Origin: Antedon mediterranea
Taxonomy: Eukaryota; Animalia; Echinodermata
Direction of reading: 5' to 3'
Assembly: GCF_964355755.1 (NCBI RefSeq)
Contig: NC_092673.1
Coordinates: forward strand, 26,905,648 to 26,969,647
DNA: 64,000 nucleotides
Of the stretch, positions 9,761 to 20,470 are shown piece after piece; within the stretch, counting starts at the first letter, position 1; each line of letters starts with the position of its first letter. The position numbers were made by a program, and so were the translations under genes. Under the pieces are notes generated by a model that worked only from the letters and a program-made list of their open reading frames with translations, searched no databases and was not told the origin of the DNA.

Positions 9761-12700
9761 ATGCCTAAACATAGGTCAAGTAGGATCTTAAGATCTCAAC
9801 AAAGTTCCATAATGAATACCGATGAAGCACAAACTTCTCAGACTGCTTCTCAAAATAGTACTGTTGTACCAGATATACCCGAAACCACTCAAAATACTGG
9901 TAACGAGACCGACATTCCGGATATGGTACTTGATAAAATTTCTGTAGAAATTGGGGGTCAAATGATTTTGATGCACATGCATGATTGGTTGGCCTATCAA
10001 AAAATCGAAATGGAAAAAGAAAAGTTAGAATTAGAACGGAAAAAGATTGAATATGATAGAGAGATTGCAAATAAGACATTAGCACGAGACGAAAATGTTG
10101 AAACTATAAGAGCTCAAATACAATGAGAGAGTAATGATGGTCATAGCACCACAAGTTCATATGCCTCCACAAAAATAGATCGATATAAACAAAAACTAAC
10201 TAATAATATCGATGCTGACGCTTATTTTACGGCATTCGAAAGTTATGCTAAAAGGGAACAATGGGAGGAATCCACTTGGGTTCGACGCATCTCCCAATGC
10301 ATTGAGGGAAAGGCTCGAGACGCCATGAATACCATCATGGACGTAAATTTTGATTACGAAACCCTAAAATGTACGATACTGGAAGTGTTTCAACTGACCC
10401 CAGAACATTACAGACAAAAATTTAGAAACTTAAAGCGAAATGACAATGAAAGCATACGTTCCTACATTACAAAGGTTGGGCATAATTTTGATTGTTGGGT
10501 GAGATACTCTGGCATTGCGGCTGATGATGCGGCAGGTATTTCGCAATTAATAATACGCGAACAGGTTTTAGAGAACATTCCCAATGATATGCGCCAGCAT
10601 TTACTTCAAAAGAAAGTATTAAATACAGCTGACTTTGCCAGAGAGGCGGAGGAGTTTGCCAGCATAATACCTAATTATTGGCAACGCCATAAGCTAAATA
10701 ATAAGCAAATAGGCACAAATAGTCATTACAGACCGCAGCCCTACAATAGCAAACCACCAAGGTTTGACAGACCGACTTACAACAGGCCAAGGTTTAACCC
10801 GCCTCCTTCTGCACCAAATCACAGTGCATTTAACAGGCCGGCTACAAATCCACAAAGTCAGCATCAATTCAGACCAAACTTTAATGCTAGCTATCAGCAA
10901 GATCTGAATTCATTAAACAGGCCATTTATTCCTCAACAACCTCCCCGATTTAGCAACACACAAGGTCGGCAAAATCAAAATCAAAGACAAAAAAATCAAC
11001 GACCGCACGATTCCTTAAAGTGCATCACGGTGCATAGTGGCTCATCAAAGACTGAGCCTTTGAACAAAGCTTTCTTAATTAATGGTATACTTGAGGGTAA
11101 AGCCATAACATTTTTGAGAGACACAGGATCGTCAATTACATTGATTGATAAACAGTTTATTCGATCCCCAAAAGAGTCTCACAGGTTCGTATACCTTAGT
11201 CCGAGGCATAGGCCGCACTAACATAGAAATTCCTACCACTGAGGTACATATTACCACAGAAAAAATACCTACTACCAAATTTATCGTTGGTGTAATAGAA
11301 GGCCTTGGTAGTGATGGTCTATTGGGCAATGATCTAGACCCAGAACATAAATGGGACAAACCAAAAGATGTACTAGTAGTTACTAGAGCACAAACTCGTG
11401 TATTGCCCGAAATAAAAGCTCAGGATTGTATTAGACAATATCTTGAACAAAATCAAACAACATCAGAAAATGTGGCACTTAATTTCAAAGAATCACTTGA
11501 TTACAATTTGCCAAACACACCAGAGGCAAAATCCTTGTTGCACAGCGACATTAAAGACTTGATAAAACTGCAAGAAAAAGATGAAACATTGAAATTCATT
11601 CGAAGTGAGGTAAAAGATAAATCATGCACAAAAGATCAAGATGTCTGTTTTTATAAAGAAAATGGGATTATAATGAGAAAATGCCAACCACAGACACGTT
11701 TCCGCAAACAAATCGATGACCAAATAGTTGTACCACAGGAGTACAGAGAACACATTATAAATATAGCTCATGATAAAACTGGACATCTAGGTGTCCAAAA
11801 GACACAGGATAGGATAACCCAACATTTTTATTGGCCTGGAATAAACTATCAAGTTAGAGAACATTGTAAAACATGTCCTCAATGTCAGTATTTGACAAAA
11901 ACAAAGAAACAAAAACAACTATTGCGACCATTACCAATCATTGATATTCCGTTTAAAAGAATTGGAATAGATATTGCAGGTCCATTTTGTGTTACAGAAG
12001 ATGGAAATAGATATCTTTTAGTATTGTGCGACTATGCAACTAGATATCCAGAAGCCATTGCAATACCCGATCAAACCGCGGTAACTGTAGCACAGAGTTT
12101 AATCACTGTATTTTCGAGAGTGGGTTTACCTAGTCAAATTATTCATGACCAAGGTACCAACTTCATGTCTCAAATTATCGTAGAACTATGCAAAAAATTG
12201 GGAATTGAGAAAATTCCTACTACGCCTTATCACCAACAGACTAACGGACTTACGGAGCGTTTTATAGGTACACTGAAACTTATGATAAATTCGCTGTCTC
12301 ATGTCCAACGAGAAAACTGGGATAGGTATATTCCATTGCTGTTATTCTCTTATAGAGAAGTACCGTGTGAATTCACAGGATATTCACCATTTCACTTACT
12401 ATATGGTAGAGAAATAAGGGGTCCCTTAAGCTTATTTAAGCAAGGATTTCTTGGCGAGAACACTCAAACAGACATACCTTCACACTTGTTAGGGATAGCT
12501 CACAACTTAACTAAATGGATGGCTAGTGCAAATCACACTAAACAGAAAAAGCAACAGAAAATGAAATCTTATTACGACAGATCTGCAAAAGATATACACT
12601 ATAAAGTCGGTGAAGAGGTCTTAATTTTCCTCCCAGAAGGCGCGGGAAAGTTGGATTCGAAATGGCAAGGTCCATATAAAATCACTAAAAAGGTTGGTGA

Positions 12701-14354
12701 GGTGGATTATGAAATACATATGCCTGATAAACGTAAATCTCATAGAATTATACATGCTAACTTAATCAAAAAATGGTACACACAAGAAGACGCTCGGCAA
12801 ATATCTCAATGTTACTGTGTAACTGGGGTAATTCAAGAAATAGGCAATGAGTCACTTGTTCAGCCTGTTGATTATGATCTCGAAACACAATTTCTTGATG
12901 ACAGTATAGGTCCATCCTATAAACAAACACAAACATGGAAAGATGTAAAAATTGCAGACTCCATTTCTACAAAACAAAAACGGGAACTAACCAATACACT
13001 TAAGAAACATACTAAGGCATTTTCTGATGTGCCTGGAAAAACTAATGTACTTACACATACAGTAAAAACTACTCATGAAACACCAATCAGACAACGTGCT
13101 TACAGGACACCACATTCAATGATGACAAAAGTCAAAGAAGAGGTGGACAGTATGTTGAGTCTAGGGGTCATTGAGAGGTCAACTAGTGCATATGCATCTC
13201 CTATTGTCGTTGTACCAAAACCTAACGGTGATATTCGCGTGTGCACTGATTACCGTGCATTGAACAAGATAACTGAATTTGATCCTTATCCTATTCCTAG
13301 GATAGATCAGATACTTGATGAAGTAGCTAAAGCTAAATATATCTCAACCCTAGATTTGACTAAGGGATTTTATCAGGTACCTCTAGATCCGCAAGCTAAA
13401 GCAAAATCAGCATTTGTGACACCTTTTGGGCAGTTTCGGGGGCAGTTTGCATATAGGGTCATGCCGTTCGGTATGATGAATTCTAGTGCGACATTTCAAA
13501 AGCTAGTTGATACTGTGTTGATAGGATGTTCCGCATTTTGCAGACAATATATTGACGATATTGCGATTTTCTCTAATACGTGGCAAGATCATTTAAATCA
13601 CTTAGACATTGTATTAAGTAAAATTTCAGAAGCTGGTCTTACTATTAAGCCATCTAAATCTAAATTTGCTAACAGCACTGTAAACTACCTTGGACATACC
13701 ATAGGGGATGGCCAAATAAAGCATATGTTAGATAACATAGAGTCGGTAGAGAAATTCCCTACCCCTCAAACTAAGAAAAATGTAATGTAATTTTTGGGAT
13801 TGACAGGGTATTATAGGAAGTTTATTCTACACTATGATGACATAGCAAGACCCTTGATAAACTTGACTAAAAAAGCCGAACCTAAGAGAGTAAATTGGAC
13901 GCCTGAGTGTGATAAAGCATTTCAGAGATTTAAAATCTCAGCTTATTGCCCACCCCATTTTAAGAGCACCAAACTTTGATAAACCATTTTTACTACAAAC
14001 TGATGCATCGAAAGCAGGAATTGGAGCTGTTTTAAGCCAGTTAGATACTGATTGTAATGAACATCCTATTGTTTACCTTAGTAGAAGGATGTTGCCCAAT
14101 GAGTTAAATTATTCAGTTGCTGAACAAGAATGTTTAGCATAGTATGGTCAATTAACAAGTTACGATATTACTTACAAGGGCACAAATTTACAGTTATAAC
14201 TGACCACAAGGCGTTGAAATGGCTTGACAATACCCGCCATTCAAATAATAGACTAATGAGATGGTCAATGACTCTACAACAATTTACTTTTGATATACAA
14301 TACCGCAAAGGTATAACAAACACCAATGCTGACAGTTTGTCACGTCGATGTTAG
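9761..14354 (+). pseudogene. gag-pol: Disrupted Gag-PR-IN-RT-RH polyprotein
   Basis: Collinear with the element-1 ORF (YETLKCTILEVF...YRQKFR, LRDTGS, IGIDIAGP, WQGPY, YIDD, TDAS, ADSLSR); in-frame stops at 10124-10126 and 13788-13790; frameshifts near 11160, 13927 and 14140; 12-bp duplication near 13430 (FGQFRGQF). Confidence 0.93.
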
Positions 14355-14445
14355 TAATTCAGGGAACATACGGTACATCGCAGTACTGTAGTTAAAGACA
14401 TACTATTTTTAGAAGAGTGACACACTCTTTTATTCAGTAGGGGGG

Positions 14446-14886
14446 TGTGATAATAACTCATGCTAAAGAGGTTATTATCCAGTAACCTTTAGTTACTCCT
14501 CTTACAGTTACACATATCATAGGGTACCATGTGGCCTAGAAAAAAAGCCCCAGACAAAGTTAACGGTAATTTTGTCTAAATTTTTGAAAAAGGCTAACTT
14601 ATCAAACTACTTGGAATATTGTTGGCCAATCAGAAGTCAGAGTGGGTTTTTTAAATAGTTAAGATGATATGTTTTAAGTTTAGTTTTAGTTTTGGTATGA
14701 AGGTGAACAGACACAGGCCAGCAAGAGCGCCTGTTCATTAAAGAAATATACTTTTACTTTAACTTTAACTTTACTGCATTTTTGATGTTCATCCTTGTCT
14801 GATAACTTTAAATATTAAACCGCTCGGACGTTTCTCCTATATGACTATATAAGCAAACCGCTCGGACTCATGCGAAGCCCGTAACA
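14446..14886 (+). repeat. 3' LTR of element 2
   Basis: Direct repeat of 8993-9426 followed by TSD TGGTC. Confidence 0.96.
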
Positions 14887-15494
14887 TGGTCACATTCGAA
14901 AGATTTCGATCTGTCTTTTAGGTACCGGTAATCAACCACTGATTTGAAATAGTTTGATACGTCATCACGAATAGAATGTTTATTGACGTCATAGATGCGT
15001 GGTGGCGGTACTACGTTTATATTCTATTACGTAACGTAAAAGACGTATCGCCATTTTGTCAATGAATAGAGTACAGTGTATAGCGTGGACTTGGCCAAGA
15101 AACGCGGAAGCCGCAAGCATGTGGTATGTAAGTGACTCACATCTGTTAATGAAGACATACTGCACGTATGTGATTCTTATTTTAACAAATATTAAATCCT
15201 GCCAGCCTGCAGCTGCTTTTAGGATGTGTTAAGCCTGTCATTTAGCTATGGTTCGCCGGTCATTCCACTGACACCAACGGCATGAATTATCCATCCAATA
15301 ATTTATATACTTGTACGGTATTAATATTATTCAATATTTGTCAAACTTGCTTTGTAAATTTAATTATATATGAAGTTTATTAGATTTAAATCGGATGTTC
15401 TGTAATGATCATTTACACCAATGAAGGCCTACATTGCAATACTGAAAACATATTCAATTCATTAACTAATGCGCTAAAGGAGGGATTCCCACAG

Positions 15495-16085
15495 GAGGTG
15501 TGTTCTACAGAAGGAGTTTGCAAAAGAAGAGGTGTTCTACAGAAGGAGTTTGCAAAAGAAGAGGTGTTCTACAGAAGGAGTTTGCAAAAGAAGAGGTGTT
15601 CTACAGAAGGAGTTTGCAAAAGAAAAGGTGTTCTACAGAAGGAGTTTGCAAAAGAAGAGGTGTTCTAGAGAAGGAGTTTGCAAAAGAAGAGGTGTTCTAC
15701 AGAAGGAGTTTGCAAAAGGAGAGGGTGTTCTACAGAAGGAGTTTGCAAAAGGAGAGGTGTTCTAGAGAAGGAGTTTGCAAAAGGAGAGGTGTTCTAGAGA
15801 AGGAGTTTGCACAAGGAGCGGTGTTCTACAGAAGGAGTTTGCAAAAGATCGGTGTTCTACAAAAGGAGGGTGTTCTACAGAAGGAGTTTACAAAAGAAGA
15901 GGTGTTCTACAGAAGGAGTTTGCAAAAGGAGGAGGTGTTCAGAAGGAGTTTGCAAAAGGAGAGGTGTTCTACAGAAGGAGTTTCCAAAATGAGGGGTGTT
16001 TACAGAAGAAATTTCCCAAAGAGGGGTGTTCTACAGAAAGAGTTTTCAAAAGGAGGGGGTGTTCTATCAAGGAGGGGTTTTCAAA
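15495..16085. repeat. 32-bp minisatellite, about 18 copies, degenerating rightwards
   Basis: Unit GTGTTCTACAGAAGGAGTTTGCAAAAGAAGAG; TGTTC recurs at 15501, 15533 and onward. Confidence 0.95.
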
Positions 16086-16856
16086 GTAGGGGGATAAAAG
16101 GGGCTAGTTATTTTTTTTAATGAATTGACTGGTTAAACACATATTGTACAGCGCGTCCTTGATTTGTGATCAGTGTTATCCAAACTTTTGGTTCTAAAGT
16201 TAAAAGGGTAACACACAAGTTTAAGATAGAAGGGAAAAGAGAGTTGAATATTTCTGCATGTAATTCTAAGCAAACTATGTTTTGAGTAAATTTACTCAAT
16301 TCTGCTGTGTTGTTTCTTTATAAGTGTAGAGGGGGCTACAAATCGAGCGTATAAATAGCACCATTTATTCAATTCACCGTGGATGATCTAATTTGTTTTA
16401 TTTTCCATGAGCTGTCTTATTACTTAAATAAAACAAATCAGTCGGATAATTAAAGATATTAAACAAAAATTATCTTATCTTATCTTATCTTAGGTCTAAA
16501 GAACTGTATAAACATATGCTGTATGTTTTGTTTTTGCTCGGGTGACGCGCCCAATTGGCTGTTGGCTTTTGCCACTCTTTGTTTGTACTTGTATTTAAAT
16601 AGTTGTTATATACATTAATTGCAATGAATACTGATACTGTACAATCTCATTTAATAGTTATCACGCCAACACTCAATGCCCATAGACATGTGTTTTATGT
16701 AGGCCTAGTGCAGGCACATTCGATTTCCGTTTACAATGAGATCATCTATGAGATCATCCTTATTTCGTAATTAGTGCCGTTTTTGTGTCTAGAAAATCTC
16801 AATATTAATATTTTTTTTATTCAATATATTTTATTATAGTATAACTTATTTTTAAA

Positions 16857-16996
16857 AGCCTGGTTCTCACTAGGACGTAACGCAAAGACGCAAACGTGTT
16901 GACCAATGACCGTTCCAATAATCCATCGCTTGTGATTGGTCAACTCACTTACGTTGCGTTACGTCCTTGTCTTGCGTTTCAAGCGGGAACCAAGCA
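16857..16996. mobile_element. PIF/Harbinger-like MITE (AGCTTGGTTCCCACT-type TIR)
   Basis: Imperfect TIRs and internal TGACCAAT/ATTGGTCA inverted repeat; related fragments near 27810, 27890, 33420-33515, 46045, 48650, 49775. Confidence 0.65.
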
Positions 16997-18088
16997 TAAA
17001 GGTAAATACTAATGGGTTTACGTCATTCCGACGATGTGGCCTGGTGATGATTCGGACAGGTGACGATTCGGTTCGTTGACGATTCGGCCCTTGACGATTC
17101 GGCCCGGCATGTTTGGTGGGACGAAACGCCCCAGAGACGCTACCGTTATTACAACGGAAAGATAATCAAAACTATACTTCTTTTCATATCTAAAGGAAAA
17201 ATGTCATTTTTGTGATCAAGATGGATGACCAAAACTAAGTAGCCAAGACACAGTTAGCAACAACAACATTCAAGTTTGCCAAGAGTTTAAGAGAGCCAGT
17301 CACTAAAAATCAAACATTAGGTGGCAAGGGTCAAAATTTCGAATTGGCTCATATTTTGCACATTGGTAGACCTTGATGTAAGTAAACCTGATGTGTAGAT
17401 TGTTTGGTAAAATATTGCTTAGTTTTCGAGAAAATCGAAAAATAACGATTTTCGGCCAATTTTGTTACTTTTTGGTATATAATTTACATTAAGTTTAACA
17501 GCCTCTGGAAGCCAAACGTAGCAACCTAGCGTTTTAATATTTTACAATTACGTTAACTAGCATCTTGACAATAAGTTAGTAAAGTTTCAAAAAATTTGAT
17601 GAAATTTTAAGATTTTGACTAATTAATTACTAATTAGCATATATAAAACTCTTAAAAAGTAGGGTAAAAACAAACGTTTTTTTTTTCATGTGCGACGAAT
17701 TTTTGTAAAATAAAAAAGTCATCAATCTAAAGTTTAGACACTAATATTTATGAATCAAGTAAAACAAATTTGGGGAAACTATTTTGCGCTCCGCGCCAGA
17801 GCCACAAAGTTGTAAGAAATTCAAAGATTTTATCTGTCGGCAAGATCAATCAGATGTACCTATTGTTCTCTATTTAGCAATCTAAGTCGAATTAAGCCAA
17901 ACTTTTATTACGAGAAACCAACTTGAAAGATAAATTTTGAATTAAGTTGCAATTTAAACACAAAGTAAAAATACGTTTCTGGTAAAATTTCAATTACTAA
18001 CCAATATACGAAATTAAGCAATTAACTAAAAATCACTCGCTTATTCTTTGTCAAACCACATTATTATAAATTATTCCATCCTCTCATA

Positions 18089-18909
18089 GGCCCTGTTTCT
18101 GCTGCCAACTAAATACCGTATATTATACGGTATTTTTTTAATACCGTATATATACGGTATATTTTTGGCAGCAGAAACTGCGCTCATAAAAAATATACCG
18201 TATTTTGTATACCGTATTTTCCCCACAAAATTTGTGGATAAAATACGGTATTTACAAATTTATACCGTATTTTTTGTACCCGTTTCTGCTGCCAATAAAA
18301 AATACCGTATTTTTTTTTTACATGACAAAAGGTCACCATTCGTGTTTTTATTTTCTGTCGCTGTTAGCTGCTTTACACACATGTATAGATATATTCGGCG
18401 AAAATGTGGAGCGAATACGTCACAGTTTTACTAAATAAATGTGTGTGGGGAAGCTAAAATGTCTGACCAACTAAAAGGTAATAAAAGGGACAACCACATT
18501 TATAAAGACATTTCTAAAAAAATAAAGCAGGAGTATGGAATAAACTTGTCTCCAAAGCAAGTAAACTCAAAGCTGAAGAGCCTGCGAAAGCAGTACAACA
18601 TTGCAAAATACAATAACTCGGGGAGGGAACGAATTAATTGTCCCCATTACGATGTTTTCTGTGCTCTCAACATCTCTATCACTAGGGCTAGGCTGTTGAA
18701 AGTGAGACGTAAAACTTCCTTTATTGCGACTTTTAATTATCGATCAAATAAATGAATGGCAATTTGGGTAAAAAAGATGAAATTTAACACGACCACCCAA
18801 GAAGTATTGTTAGCAGAAACGGGGTACTAAAAAATACGGTATAAAAAATACCGTATTTTATACCGTATTTTTATACCGTATTTTGAGCAGTTGCAGCAGA
18901 AACAGGCCC
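18089..18909 (+). mobile_element. Non-autonomous PIF/Harbinger derivative nested in the Sola3-like element
   Basis: TIRs GGCCCTGTTTCTGCTGC / GCAGCAGAAACAGGCCC; ATA on both flanks; many subterminal ATACCGTAT/ATACGGTAT motifs; Myb/SANT-like ORF remnant. Confidence 0.85.
18441..18755 (+). pseudogene. Myb/SANT-like (trihelix) DNA-binding protein fragment, Harbinger accessory ORF
   Basis: QLKGNKRDNHIYKDISKKIKQEYGINLSPKQVNSKLKSLRKQY...SGRERINCPHYD matches the trihelix Myb/SANT pattern; N-terminus missing. Confidence 0.75.
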
Positions 18910-19189
18910 ATAGTTTATAGGATAAAACTGAAAAACAAATTTGTTTTAACTTGTTATCGTTTTCCTGTTTGTCGAACCTGGTCGAACTTACTCAACGAGA
19001 ATGTTTCAAAACATTAACCACAGTAGTCAAAACACTTTACTGCGTATATTCGATAGATAACGATATCTTCATTGACGTTGACAACGGAACAGATTTGTTA
19101 TCCATTTTAGTTTATGTTTTACAATGTAAAGACGTGTTGAAAATAATTCTTATATATAATTATTGTCTGATGGCTTTAAGTTCAAACAA

Positions 19190-20470
19190 AATGGAGATTT
19201 CATGTTCTTTTAAATCGGTTGTCGGCGGAGCTTGTGGATGCGATAGAAAAGACCGCAAACAGAGCACTGAAGTCCTACCTTTACAAGCATGCCAGAAGGA
19301 AATCGCTGCACACAGATACATTTACGGGCATCGATAGTGAGTGGTACTATTTGTGCAGCAGGGAAATGGAAATAAAAGGCGCGAGTCACATCAACAACAT
19401 AGAGTATGGAAGCAGGTCCATGAAGGTGTGGATGGCGTATGGCGTTGGTGCAGGACAAAATCTACTTTTGAGTAAATTCTGTGTGCCTTCGAAGCTACCC
19501 AATTTAATTCATAGCCAAGATACAACGTCTGATTAAAATAAATCAAATCATCTATTGCAGTAAAAGCAAGAATACAAGCCAAGACATCTCATGAAGAACA
19601 AGCTGATATAAATGACGAAGAACAAATAGAAAGAGAAGAAAGTCCTGGCACCCTCAGCAAACTGTTCTTTTGTCGCGAACAAGGTTGCATTAGGTCATAT
19701 CAGGTACTCTTCCCTAGAGAAACACTTAGATTATGAAAATCACAAGAACGCACTAGAACATGAAACACTTTATGACAGGGCAATGCAATTAATCAACACA
19801 ACTAGAAGAGGGTACTTCTAAAAATCCAGAACCAACAAGAACCAACGATTTGCTACGGTTTGACATTGGCCCCAAACTGCAAATGGGCTGGGCGTTAAAG
19901 TCCTCTGCAAAAAAACCCCGATTTTCTGTACCACAGAAAACCTACCTTATTGATGTTTTTGACGCTGGAGAGCAGACGGGATAGGAAGCTGATCCATGTG
20001 ATGTCTCACGAGAGATGAGATCGGCCAGGCACAGCGATGGTTCACATCTATTTAGTAGCAAGACTGAATTTTTAACAGCAGATTGCAAGTTTTTTCTCAC
20101 ACTTGGCTAAAAAAGGAGGACAGATGCAGCCGTTCATGATGATGATGATGACGAAGATGATGATTACGATAGTAATGAAGATGGTGACGAAGTTGAAGAA
20201 AATGGAGACGATTCAAAAACGGAAAAGGAAAAATTCAACTTTTGTCGCAAACCGTACTGGACACAATAGGCTTGCAGCATCCAATAATGTTTGAATGCAT
20301 AATATTTGTGAACTGAAAGCTCAAGGAAAACTCTCCAGATTCTCTTTGCCAATGTTGCAAGAAATGTGTACTTCTCTTGAACTTGATACCACAGATATAA
20401 CCATAAAGCGCAAGAAGCCATACATTGATTTGCTGGGAAAGATGGTTTCCATGTGCAGTTGCTCGAGTGA
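19190..20470 (+). pseudogene. Degenerate Sola3-like transposase remnant
   Basis: Frameshifted pieces: [12 protein letters not shown]...PLQAC, KVWMAYGVGAG, C2H2-like FFCREQGCIRSY...LEKHLDYENH, LQMGWALKS, RFSVPQKTYL...GEQTG*EADP...MR; no catalytic core visible. Confidence 0.6.

Larger units (their letters stand above)
8993..14886 (+). mobile_element. Full-length but disabled Gmr1-like Ty3/gypsy LTR retrotransposon (element 2, distinct family)
   Basis: LTRs 8993-9426 and 14446-14886 (TG...CA); TSD TGGTC (8988-8992 / 14887-14891); PBS 9427-9440; PPT AGGGGGG 14439-14445; IN upstream of RT. Confidence 0.96.

Noticed and set aside
11145-11221. Programmed gag-pol ribosomal frameshift in element 2
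   Set aside because: The shift falls inside the protease domain, element 1 is a single ORF, and the copy has other clear lesions; a 1-bp insertion is simpler.
14887-14891. Second PBS after the 3' LTR (TGGT)
   Set aside because: TGGTC is the TSD, matching 8988-8992; similarity to the PBS stops after 4 nt.
15495-16085. CRISPR-like periodicity and several long ORFs (e.g. 15500-16120)
   Set aside because: Head-to-tail 32-bp units with no unique spacers and no cas genes; the ORFs are by-products of a stop-free unit.
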